NCBI GenBank assembly: GCA_013115125.1
Contig: JABANN010000235.1
Span: 1-48,740 of the forward strand
Direction: 5' to 3'
DNA length: 48,740 nucleotides
Origin: Perkinsus olseni
Taxonomy: Eukaryota
The position numbers were made by a program, and so were the translations under genes. Each line of letters opens with the position of its first letter. Within the stretch, counting starts at the first letter, position 1. Positions 35,722-47,565 of this stretch are shown piece by piece. Below the pieces are notes generated by a model that saw only the letters and a list, made by a program, of their open reading frames with translations, was not told the origin of the DNA and made no database searches.

Positions 35722-38490
35722 ATGACTGAGTATCTTCGAGCACTGGTGTTCGCAGCCAAAAGCCAACCCGTGGGGACGCGACCAGAACAAACGGCGGCGA
35801 GCTCTCGAGCGTCGTCATCATCATCAACCCGCAACAGCTATCGACGCATCAAGTTTCGTACCTCCTTCAAGAATGTGATTTACGACGTACTAGTCTCAAG
35901 GGGGTGAGCTCACTAAGAGACCGTGCCACCTGGTTGGCGAGGCATGGTCAGGTATGAGGAGTACGGGGCGACAGACGAGTCCCCGCCGGAAACAGCGCCT
36001 AGAAATCGCTCGAGTGAAGGGAGGGAGAATGAAGTAGCCGGGTTGGACGGGTAGTTCCAGACAGGTTGATTACGACAGATACAGAAGGGAAAGACGCAAA
36101 CTGAGTGTGATATTTTCTGGTGAAGAATTTGAAAAATCTCTTGTCTCTGAGAAACAGTCGGGACAGGTTTGATAAGGAATGGGTCTCTGAGGTCTTCGAT
36201 AAGGTGTATCTGGGGCGGAGGCAACGAGTGAACCATTTTAGAAATCATTACCAACTCACTCGGAAGGATATGCTCGTAGTATCTTATCGCAGCGCGAAGA
36301 TTCTGAGCGCGTCGTGTCAGGCTAAGAATCTTCAACGCGCTAGAGAGAAGTCTGACATGAACGACGATGACGAGTTGACGAAGATACTCAGTGCCGGCTG
36401 CATACCGGATACCTACGTAAGAGAGCGAGTGTTAGCGTGCCGTTGTCATCATCTAAACCTGACATGAATGATACTGATAGAAGCCTGAGCATTAAGGGTC
36501 TCGGCTCAGCAGAGCGGGTAGCGTCTGACCAAGTACGGCTTCGACGTTGGAGATCAGCCTTCGTGACAATCCATTCGTCAGCCCTTTCGTCGCTTCCCGC
36601 TGTCTAAAAAGTTAGTTTCGCCTCAACTTCTGGGGGTTAGAACCTCGTTTGTTGCAATGATGTGAATGCACTTCCCAAAAACTGTGACCGTTTCATGCCT
36701 GCGTCCTGAGGTATGGGCTAGGGGACAAGTGAATTGTGTGCTCACACAAACACAGCCCACACGCGCGGCTCGCAGGTCCTTCCGAATGAATATCCGATAT
36801 TTGCGGAGAGGTTTAAAAAGAGCAGCAGGGGTGGCAGTTGGTGGATTATGAAGCCAACTAACACCGCGCAAGGAAAAGGAATCTTTCTTTTTGACAAGCT
36901 GTCACAAATTAACGAATGGAAGGGCAACAAGATCAGTACTTCTCATGAGCGAATCTTAGGTTGATGAGGGCCGTTGACAGGTAGCATGTCGCACATGGCG
37001 CAACTTATTGGGGATCAGCAAGCGGCTCATCGACGCGAACGATCGCAGCCGGAGAGATCGTCTACGAGCCGAGGAAGCCGCAAAGTCAGTGAGGGCCTGA
37101 GAATTTTGCGGAGAAGATGGCCATCATGGATTAGCATGGACGATAGAGTTCCCCCTGCGACATCGAAAAAAACTAGTTGAAAAAGCATTCCGTAATTTGC
37201 TAAGGAAGGGAAAACTGTTGACGTCGCGAAATTTTCTAAAGAATGTAAATGCTTTTGATGATAAGGAGCTCTCATGGCCTGAGGGGGGATGGTGGCTGCG
37301 GTCCAGGAAGAAATAGCACATAAGAACATGCATGATAGAACGGGAAATTTACTGACGGAAGCGCTTCGCTCCGCTGGAATTCCTTTGTTTGCTTGCGGGC
37401 GGAGAAGAGGCATCTGAACGGTGAAGCCGTCTGTGTGTGGTCTGATCAGGTTGACCACTCCGGTGACAAGGCGGCGAACAACAATTCAAACAGCATGAAT
37501 CCTGGGTTGCCTCCGGGAGTGGTCGAAGCCTATGTGGTTCAGAAGTACATAGCACGTCCACTTTTACTTGGTGAGAAACTCTGAGCGTTTTCTCGGCTAG
37601 CTCGTTGCTAAGGATGTTTCCGATCAACTCCTTCTGGTAGATCTCACAGTGAAACCGAGTCTCTCTGTGGAAGATGGGCGGGGCTTCGTTGCCCGCTTGC
37701 GGTCTCCAGCTCATGATCCTGCTGCTTCCTTGTTGTCGTATCTATTGTCGCGGCAAGCGTTCGACAGTCTAGGCATCGTTCCACTTCAGGTGGAAAGAAA
37801 TTTGATCTCCGGCTTTACGTCTTGGTACCAAACTTTTCGCCACTCACAGTGTGGGTGTATCGGCAAGGCTTCGCCAGACTGTCTATGTCGCGGTACTCGA
37901 AGACGAAAAAGAGCATGGAAAATCACGCGGTTCATCTCACTAACGTCGCTGTGCAAAAAGTGTCACCGGGTTACAACCCCACACACGGCGGGAAGTACGA
38001 TTTGAACGAACTGAAAATATTTTTGTCGGCGAAGTTCGGCAGTGACCGGGTCGAGAACATGTTCTTCGATATGGAGAACATAATTTTGGCATCTCTGAAA
38101 GCCGTGGATGCGAAGGTGGCTCCAGACAAGCACAGTTTTGAGCTGTACGGTTACGACATCATCCTGGACGAGAAACTTAAACCGTGGTTACTCGAAGTCA
38201 ACGCATCTCCGAGTTTAACGGCAAACACACCGAGTGATTACCGGATGAAGTTCGACCTGCTGGATGACGTATTCAACGTCCTCAACATAGAGGGAATCAT
38301 TCCGGAAGACCTTTACTCTGGCTCGAAACAGATAGGTGGATTTGATCTGCTCTATCGCTCTGACATCGGCAGAGTGCGAGAGCCGTACCATGCATTGACG
38401 AAGAGCCGACTGGGTCGCTATAATGATAGATTGGAGGCCCTTCGTGAGCTTGCTTTTCGAATCGCCGCTCGTGATGGGTGCAAGAGATGA
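35722..38490 (+). CDS. TTLL9: Tubulin polyglutamylase, TTLL9-like, multi-exon
   Basis: IKFRTSFKNVIYDVLVSRG, RVNHFRNHYQLTRKDML, WIMKPTNTAQGKGIFLF, YVVQKYIARPLLLG|GRKFDLRLYVLV, HLTNVAVQK, HSFELYGYDIILDEKLKPWLLEVNASPSL, IGGFDLL. Confidence 0.9.
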
Positions 38491-38823
38491 TCATGGCAAG
38501 TTGTTATTTTCTGTATGGAGGAGGCTCTCGAGTTCATTAATATCCGGAGAATCCGGACAGGAGTGGTATGATACTGAATGATGAAACGGTTCTGAAACGG
38601 TGCCAATCGGTTTTCACTCTCATTATCAGTATACCTTTCGAAGTTTATTAACAAACTCCCCTTATTAAGCAAGTAATCTCGAAAAAAAGCGATTTGCATA
38701 ACGGCTTGGTTCGCACTCTAGTAATTTCATGGACGTACAACATGAATTCTGAGATAGTTGTATACTATGGAAACTGAGCGAATCTGTCCGTGGTCTTCAT
38801 ATCGGAAGACAAGGTTATCCGAC

Positions 38824-38847
38824 CAGCCAAATTGGCTGAGCCAATCA
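38824..38847. promoter_or_regulatory. Palindrome CAGCCAA-A-TTGGCTG adjoining a CCAAT-box-like AGCCAATCA upstream of the WD40 gene
   Basis: Seen directly. A reverse CCAAT (TGATTGGCC) also lies at ~27291, upstream of the LRR gene. Function is inferred only. Confidence 0.3.
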
Positions 38848-39178
38848 CAATCGCTTCGGAAACTTTGGGAACGCGCAATTTCGCCGGCCTAGTTCGAACT
38901 CAAGGCTTGAAAACCTCGGAAGTTTCGCGTACCCCATCCATGTGCCCTATCTCGTTGTAGGGGATGTAGTAGTAGAAAGCAACCTACGTAGATTGGGCTT
39001 ATAGTGAACGAGATAGACCGAGGAGTAGTCGTTGTGTGATATTACACAAACTTATGAAGACAGTACGAATGAAGCTAGAGCGACACCAGACGCCATCTGG
39101 CAGATCTTTCACCTGCTTTTCCACCCTACCAATCCGAACACTTCAATCACAGTCAAGTGTGTGATGTAGACAGTCCAC

Positions 39179-42100
39179 ATGTCACTTCCCAATGACCTTC
39201 TCGACCACAGGCAAGCTGCGGGTGATAGATCTCATGCGGGCCTTCCCCAGGTGAAGACGAGTCCGCCTCAGTCCAGCGGTACGCTCCTCCCTGTCAGAAT
39301 ATTCGACGACGGATAGTGACACGATACGACCTGATAGACGTATTAGAAGAGTTCGACATGCACCGGCTGGAAGCCATCTTGAAAACTGGGAACTCGGGTG
39401 GGCTTTCGCTCCGCTCGTCCTCTGAGAGACTGTACTCAGGTCGAGATTTATCCTTCTGGTGCAAAGCGTTCGAGGAGATTCTCGAACCACCGACCGCGCA
39501 GGAGCTAGCTCAGCTCAAGCTAGCTGTCGCCGACCTTCTCGCTGATATTTTTCTATCGGAGAAAGAACCTAACAAGATTGAATTCAACCATGAGCGCACA
39601 GAAGACGGTGTCGAGGGATTCGAACTCGACTGGAAGACCTTCACGGAGTATTTGCTCGGTCGGGCTAAGGAATCCGACCGCGCTCGTGAGGGACGGGAGA
39701 ATCTACGAATGCGTGGATTATCGATTCCGAGATGCCCGGTAAGTTCCTTGTCCGGAGGTGACTTTATGTGCCAGTTTGATCTACAAATGACATTACTCAT
39801 CTTTACTAGACGGTATGATATATTCTTTGATAGTCGTAACACACACGGAAGCCGATTAAAGTCAGAAATCAAACAATGAGACAAGTTCAAATCGATCAAC
39901 CGTTTCATACACAATTTTCATATCACTCTGGCACATACAGTACTCATTTCGACGGTATAATCAGTACCATCGGAACAGCTACTATTCGCGCTACGGGCTT
40001 GAGGATTGTGTGCTCGCGCAATCGCAGCTGCCGATGATGGCCCGTTCCTCAGGCAACGGCAGTCCCAATTTCGATCGACCACTGCCGTCATTATGGCCGC
40101 ATTCTCTCCTTCCATTCCTTACCCTTGAGACCGGCTAAATCCGGGCCCTACGCAAATGTAGACTTTATAGTATCGGCTGAGGAGGACGCGACCAGCATAA
40201 GAGTGTGGACCTCGCGACGCAAAGACACTGCCATCCAGTGGGTTGCTGACCTGCTACTACCTCGGCCGGGTCTCAGAGCCACTCACACTGCAAGCGACGG
40301 AATGGAAGGTCGGCAGTCTGCCACTTTTGTGACGGCGTTGCTTACTGATGGAAATATCGGAATCTGGGATCTCGAAGGGTTGTACAAGAATCTTTCGAGT
40401 GACCACCAGCTGCGCTCTCGAATGTGGAGATTCCCATGCCGCGAAGTGATCAGTATGAGCCGGCTGGAGGGCTCCGGCTGGGATGTGGCGTCCTCCTGTG
40501 AAGGGCTGTGGTATAGCCAGCTGCTGGAAAGGTTCGTGGTCGCCCATGCCCAGACACACTCTCTCCGGGCGTTCAAGCTCACATCCTCTAGGAAAAGTGG
40601 GAGTCGGGTAGGTCTCAGGGTCCTGCGGCCTCACGGCCTCACCCCTTCCATCTCAGGCCCCTCCCTCAGAGGACTTCACACGCCCAGTAACCGACCCCGC
40701 GTCATCAACGGTTCACATCACTCTTGGCGTCTGTATGCTCGGCTGCCACGACGCAAGAGTAACCGCCATTACGGACATCCCTCATTCCACGTCCTCGTCG
40801 TCCCTTGACCTGTCCGACAGCCGTCTGATGGCCAGCGTGGCTGCTGATGCTACGGTTGGCGTGTGGGACCTTCGAACGGGCTATCAAGTGAGCCCCTTCA
40901 CAGTCAGCCATTCATCAGCATCAAATCCTTTCAGGTGCATCGGTTCACGATCCCAAACTACGGCGGATCGAGACCGCAGCTACGCTCTATCGCTTACGGA
41001 GCGGCGGTCGATCGCCTTGTTATCGCGGGGTCCAGCTGCCTTGTTTACGTTGTGCAACCTGTCCCCCCACCAGGGTCGGCAAGTCTCGGTCAGTCGGTCA
41101 TTCGTCGGCTGGTGGGCCACAAGACGCCACTGACTTCGGTCGCCACTCCGCCGGGAGCTTCCTCGTGCGCCATAAGCTGCGACGAATGGGGAGAGATGCG
41201 AATATGGAATTTGAGGAAACTCGAGTGTGTGCAAGTGATCAAGAGTGCCACTAGCGGACTCAAATGCTGCGGAGCTGAGAAAATGTCCTTCCGAGGTGGG
41301 ACAGCAGAAGGAGCGGTGAGGCTGCTTTTATGCTCTACAAAGTTCGGACGAGTCGACTTATTTCACTCGAAAAGACCCACTGGTGCCAGCAGGCGGCCAG
41401 TGGCGGTGGTCATCAGCTTGCTGAGGTCCACTATTACAGTAGCAGAACCGTCGAAAGTTCGCGTTCACAGTCTATCGAACGCTGAGCTCATCACGGAGAT
41501 TATGGCGCGCGAAATTGGCGAACCTACGGAAGTGGTTGATGACAGGACGATAAGCACGATCTCTCTAACAGAAGACCACGGTGAACTCATGGTTGGGTTT
41601 TCTGATGGATCTTTGGCCATCCAATTGATGTCGATGAATGGGAGACACCCTCAACCGGCCGAGGCCCACTCCAACCTTCCCGTTACCGACATAAGGCACT
41701 CTGCAGCACGGGCCATGATTATCAGCTTATCGAGTCAAGATGGGGTCTGTCTGGTCCACGCGGACCGGCCGGGGAGGAAGCATACGAACAGGCAAGCGTG
41801 GTTTTTGCCTCTCATTCGCAGGGTAGAGCCGCCGTGCGCGATACCGCAAAGTGAAAGGAAAATCAATTACGCATTGAACACGCTGAGGGGACTCCTCGCG
41901 AGTGTCGTGTCGGGCGAGGAGGGCCGAGTGAGCCTCTGGTCTGTAGACGAAACAACAGGCCTTGCGAGTACGATCAGCACCCAAGGGGTACTTACCAATG
42001 ACAGAAGAGTTATGGTCGAGGCGGTAGCATTCCTTGAGCCCTTCTTACTTCTTATCGTCCTCACTCGGGAGCATCTGGAAGTCCCAGATCCGACTGCTGA

Positions 42101-44628
42101 TGATAACACTGTCATTCACGATGCACAAGCAGGAAAGGTCACGATGACCATCGCTCGATTCAGAGTGAAGGTGGGAAGTTCCTCTCTTCCGGCCGCCTTG
42201 CAAGCCTGGGTAGGTTTATGTTGGCTCCAACGTGGCACCGCATTGGACGCCCATCATTGACCGCGCTGATAAGAAGGTTGAGCATCACTTTGATATCCCC
42301 CTGACTGATATCGAACCCCCTATCCGAGGATCATCTTCTACCGTGAAACTGCTGGTGGCAGTAGTTGACACCATTCTGTATCTTCCTAGCTTCGACCTCA
42401 GATGCGCATGAACGATATGGAAGGAGACCTCCATGAGAACGCTGTACGCAGGGATTTACTATTCAAGTGTGGAGATGCTACGAGGGAATTAATCGAGAAC
42501 ATTTTCGAGGCGCGCGGTCGGGAGCCGTTAAGGGTACGACCGCCGGCTAGCTGTCACCTTTCAATACGTTATCATCCCTGACAGGCGATGTGCGAGGTCG
42601 CCACGAAATTGACATGTGGAGATCCCAACAAGGATGGTAGGCTCGAGCGTGATACCGATCAGCTGACGTCCTCTCTTAGGAGGCCCTGTCCAGCGGGACG
42701 CTCGAAAAGCTAAGCCACCCGCAGATGGGAATCAAGTGAGCACGCAGATCTTGATATGAGGTTTACTACGCCTCTTCCTAGACTACTGCTGTCACTGACC
42801 GAGTGGATGTGTCGGGCCTAGTCGTGGCGGAGATTGCCGGCCGCAAAGTGATGACCTTCGAGCTCCATCTCGAAGGCGATAGATCAGTTCTCGAAGGGTA
42901 AAGGCAGACCCAACCTCGGCAAGAATCGACGTACTCGATGGTCATTTTCAGGAATTATGCGAAACCATCACGACACAGGCCGAGCTTCTCTTCCATTGGG
43001 AGAAGTAAACTACTCGTGGTCCTTCCCCCTTCTCCACTACTGGCCTTAGGCGTCACGGTATCGTGCGCCGCAGTGTCAGAATTCAGTTTATCCGCTTCTA
43101 GTGTGGATGATGGGTCTGTCACCAGTCCAATTTTACAAGCATCGACGAACCGTGAGAGAACCTCGGAAAGCGGACGGCGATCACAATTTTCGTTTCAGCC
43201 GAATTGGTGACACTGCTGGTCGCGACGCGCCACGGCTTCGACCTCCTACGACTTTCCGATGGCGCCGTCATAAGACGGCACATTGAACCTTTTGGAGGTA
43301 CGGGCATCTTCAAAAGGGCATCCAGCTTCCCTTCCAGAAGTACGTCCAGCGTCCCGGTCTGCATGGCCGTCAGCACCTTTCCCCTTCGACGCCCCCATAG
43401 TTGCCAGGATGATAAACTCCGTTGCATCCAACGACTCTGAGGGCTACGTCGAGGAGTGAGTCGATCGTAGTTGGCGTGTTGCGAAAAGACAGCTCCTCAG
43501 AGAAAACCACGACGGTCGACGTCGTCTCGAAGCGGCGTTTTATCATGCAGCTTTGAGCGCTGAACTCGCAGTAGAGGTGAGAGCGTCGCTGGGTTATCAG
43601 CAAGAAGCTCGTCCATTCAAGGATTCTCTCCCTTCCCGCAACACCCTCGAGATGACAGCTAGAACTGCGAAGAGGAGCGACGCCTCACATGCTAGAGCGG
43701 CGACCGCGGAAAAGTTAACACCGAGGACCCTCCAGGTCATTCTCGGTTAGTTAACGTTCATCAGCTTATTAACGTTTAGGGCACGACATTTCTCGACTAT
43801 TTCACTTGGAGTCCGACGATGCCTCCGAGTGGACATCTGGTCAGTCCAAATCCGCACTGTGCGAGATCAACGCCGGGGGTGTTCCCTCAGACTCCCTCAG
43901 CGAGTGATGAGGTTCAGGGGGGAACCAAGAGCCACTTGGACCGGATCGGAATCGCCATTGATAAGACGATTGAAGATTTCGCCTGGAATCGCCGGAGGGT
44001 GAAGGTATCTTGGAGATACAATTTTCTCCACTGTGCGCAAAAATTGCTTTGTCAGGAAAAATCGCAACGGGGGAAGCGACGGGCTTTTAGTGAGACGAAT
44101 CTCTTAGAGAGGCCGGACATACTCGCACGAGCTAGTAATCATACAAGCTTCGAGAAGTGAGTCGTTAGGCCCTCGATCTGTGATGACGCCATTTCCCCTC
44201 CGGTACATGTCGATGACCGCGACAGAGCTAACCACCGCCTGTGCTCGAGGGGAGCTCTTCTCTGCAGCAGGCAGTAGACCGAGTCGCGAGACCAGAACAG
44301 GAGCCAGGCGATTGAAGAACATCCTCAGTCCGAAGGTAAGTGTTGGTCGATAGATTGCAGTGATACCGCCCTTCAGCTGGCGGTCCTCACGGCGAGTCGG
44401 GTTCTAGCCGTTGCTGCTACTGACATGTCTGACGAGGGAGTCAACGTCTCCACAGAAGATGATTTTGAAGCTTTGTACAGGTAGGGCCTACCTGGTAGGC
44501 CGTTGAGCCGATGAACGGAGAAGATTATTCGCTCATTTCTCTTCAGAACTTGTTTGTCCCGTCAAAGCGGGTATTCACGATCCAAGCATCGTAGGACGCC
44601 CAAGTCACTGCCACCGATCGTGAAGTAG
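39179..44628 (+). CDS. WD40-repeat protein with degenerate N-terminal EF-hand (WDR49/WDR64/EFCAB8-like), multi-exon
   Basis: LDWKTFTEYL (EF-hand exit helix). WD repeats include LLTDGNIGIWD, LGCHDARVTAI..MASVAADATVGVWD and LVGHKTPLTSV..ISCDEWGEMRIWN. Last exon ends KSLPPIVK* at 44628. Confidence 0.78.
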
Positions 44629-45122
44629 GCCGGTTGTTCTGTTCTGTCGTTGTTCATGTGTGTCGGTGTTCGTCGGACGTTCTTGATGGGCGTTGTAGCT
44701 CAACTGTTGAGCTACACAGTGAAAGTTTGATCTCTGAAAGTTGAGGACAATCAGGGAAATTGTCGGCCGTGGCGGCCGGCGACGCCCTCTGTGCCGAAGG
44801 GCGTGGCGATTGTACCATGTACAGCACGATGTATAGGAAAAGCAAGGCTTCTATCGGCAGAGGGCGATAAGCGAGAAAATTAGTAAGCGACGAGCAGCGG
44901 GATAAACCAGCCTCGGTCGTTCGTTCGTGTCAGGATGATCTGCTGTATTCGCCGAAATTCGGCTTCTGTTAAGTCACACGAGGTCGGATAATCAAGGGGA
45001 ACCTTTTATTGCAAGGAGCCGAGCCATAGCCAAGGCTTTTGTCATTATTGTGATAGCCTACCAACAACAGTATTAGAAAACGCGAACTACCATTGCAGGC
45101 TTCGCATGAGCAGTCCCCTGGA

Positions 45123-45206
45123 TGATTCTGAGGGGACTTGAAGGCGTAGTGCCTTCAAGTCCCCTGAATCACCGCCTCAGGCGTTGCACTGAAGTTCAGT
45201 GCAACG
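45123..45206. repeat. Two adjacent hairpins between convergent genes
   Basis: AGGGGACTTGAAGGC-gtagt-GCCTTCAAGTCCCCT (45131-45165) and CGTTGCACTGAA-g-TTCAGTGCAACG (45182-45206). Confidence 0.9.
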
Positions 45207-45557
45207 TCTCGCTACCCGACTTGCGATGGGGCGCTTCAAGTGGGCCTCGGATTGATTCTTTGAGCTCGGTTAGCTGCCTCTATGTACCCTGAATACACGC
45301 GGAGCCGGAGAGACGCCTATCCTATTAGCGTTGGACTATCCGAAACTTCATCATGCCCTCCCCCAACGACCAACTGAGAAACACCAGAGCTTCATTGTAT
45401 GTGTACAACTTAACATGATTAACACGGGAAAAAATTGGTAGGAATCTTCCGCCATACAACCGGTAAACGACCAAGTTGGTCGGACCATCGAACAACGATG
45501 ATAGATTGAAGCCGACAGGACAGTGAGACGCATTTGATTTCTTCTCCTCTGGTTCTC

Positions 45558-46568
45558 TCACACCTCTGACTCAGAAACACCCGTGAAGGCTTGACGGAAA
45601 GCTGAACGCCGCTTGAGCACGAAAGTCTGGGGCAAGCCACGATCCCACTTATCGAGGTCGCTGCGGCTAAGTCGCCTCCGGACGTGTTGCGGGCCACACA
45701 GTTGATTCGAAACACCAGTCAGCGGACGAGGGTGAGCGACACTTCTTCGGCGCTTCTCTCGAGACACTAGCGTTTGCTGCTTTTGCTTCCTACCATCCCT
45801 GAGTCTTTTCATTATGATGTAGGTGGCCACTTTCTCGAAAGGCAATTTTGGAACTGCTGTTATAAGAGAAAGCACACCATCGCATAGTGGGTAATACATG
45901 GCTATTCGATTCTCCTTGCTGATCTGCCAAACGCTGAGGTCAGCGTCTTTCAACGAACCGTTGTTGAAATTGAGGTAGACACTTTTAAAGGGCCCATCAC
46001 CGGAGTAGGGGCCATCGAGCACCGAAACATTAGGGGAGGGCTTGAGCGCGACCAAACCACGATTGCATAACTCAGTCAACTCACCTCGGATCTCCCCTGA
46101 CGCGTCGACATACTCAGTATCGCCACCAGACAGAGATTTCAGCCTGCGGATGCGATCGAAACAGTTGCCATCCCTGACGACGTCGGCGATGTACTCCAGA
46201 GTCATTCCGCCTTCTACGCGTAGTATTCTAGTCTGATTCACCGGCTCATCATCATCAAATCGAGCGTTGTGCGTTGCGAGGTCGCAAGTGTGCAAGCCCG
46301 TCCAGCCAGGCTCGCCACTCCGACTTGTCACTTTATCGTGGAAAGAGTCGAACCTTGTAGTGAGCCCTGCCATGGACCAAGTGAAGGGATCCATGATAGG
46401 TACGGAGGCCCTTGGAAAGAACAAATACTCCACTTCACCATCGCGCAGTTGTCCATACAACATTTCTTGTTGTCTGAACTCCTGAGCCTTGGTGAGGTAT
46501 ACCAGTAGACAACTGACCAGGCCAATACACCAGAATGTATTGTTGAGGAGTGAAGACGTGCGGACCAT
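45558..46568 (-). CDS. Intronless predicted secreted protein, paralog A (336 aa)
   Basis: Uninterrupted ORF with hydrophobic N-terminus FWCIGLVSCLLVYLTKA. Collinear with 47566-48519 (LYGQLR, LCNRG, MYYPLCDG, LCGPQHVRR, KWDR). Confidence 0.88.
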   Translation of the reverse strand: MVRTSSLLNNTFWCIGLVSCLLVYLTKAQEFRQQEMLYGQLRDGEVEYLFFPRASVPIMDPFTWSMAGLTTRFDSFHDKVTSRSGEPGWTGLHTCDLATHNARFDDDEPVNQTRILRVEGGMTLEYIADVVRDGNCFDRIRRLKSLSGGDTEYVDASGEIRGELTELCNRGLVALKPSPNVSVLDGPYSGDGPFKSVYLNFNNGSLKDADLSVWQISKENRIAMYYPLCDGVLSLITAVPKLPFEKVATYIIMKRLRDGRKQKQQTLVSREKRRRSVAHPRPLTGVSNQLCGPQHVRRRLSRSDLDKWDRGLPQTFVLKRRSAFRQAFTGVSESEV

Positions 46569-46904
46569 TGAAGGATGCGTTCTAGCCTGAAGTGAGACTG
46601 TTTCCGCACTGGTGAACCAGCACGTCGACGTCAGACACGGGATACGCGGTGCGTATTACGCACGAATGTCTTCTTCGTTTTGCCGGGCAGCTGAAAAAAA
46701 CTTCAGAAACGATCTCGCAAGTGAAAAGTTTCCGGAACGCTGAACGTTTCCAGTGAAACCTCGATTGCCTAAGAGGGGAATAGTAGGTGCCCGATTCAAC
46801 TCCAACTCAGACAGCGCGCCCAAACGATCGATTGCAGCTGGAATCACGAGACGTGTGGTACGGAGTTCGTGATACGGGTCTCTTGGGGCTTTGGTTTGAG
46901 ATTT

Positions 46905-46972
46905 TCCACCCGACGATCGGGTGGACTCGAGTCGGGTTCCCCCAACCGGAGTCGCGAGAGCCTCGCGACTCC
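46905..46972. repeat. Palindrome cluster between the paralogs
   Basis: TCCACCCGA-cga-TCGGGTGGA (46905-46925), GACTCGAGTC (46924-46933), GGAGTCGCGAG-agc-CTCGCGACTCC (46948-46972). Confidence 0.9.
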
Positions 46973-47565
46973 CACACTTTAAATTCAAACCTTCATGGGC
47001 AGATTTCCAAACCAAATCGCGGCTGAGTGGAAGAGCTGCTTGGAGGTCGTTTCGCCTTATAACTCTGGCTGCAGACCTGAATCTCTAAAACTCTGGAGTC
47101 GGATTTTCTATGATATCGGGCCTCCTTGGCCCGATTTCCATCGTCAAACCCTCATTGCTCGGCGACGAAATGCCCTCGAATTCACTCACACGGGAGTGGA
47201 ACACCGGCTAATAGCATTTGAGCCCGGTCCCTTTGTCTCCCCTCGTGAGACAACATGTAACTCTACTCCACTGTCATCGTGTACAGAACGTGGCATGATT
47301 AACAATCAATTTACATCTAATAACGTCAGCTCGGGAGCCGCGAATGATATTCGCAGAAATCCCTTGCGTCTATACATGTATATATTGACGAAGGCTCCAG
47401 TACATGATAATAATTACCTGGCTCAGCCAGCCTGGCTGATGAGAGTAGAGGTTAAGCAGGATGACAGCTGCTGACTACTCTTCTTGCTTCATCATTTGCG
47501 ACTGTTTCCACTCATATATGTGAGTCCCATAATGGGACGAGCAACTTAGTGGTGACCCAACTTAC

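Noticed and set aside
36460..36530. Possible intronic C/D snoRNA; similar TGATGA/CTGA words near 19305, 27310 and 38580
   Set aside because: The C boxes are imperfect or the spacing is wrong. I could not identify terminal stems or rRNA guide sequences.
46995..47474. 159-aa plus-strand ORF between the paralogs
   Set aside because: No recognisable motif, it overlaps palindromic spacer DNA, and it has no counterpart next to the other paralog.
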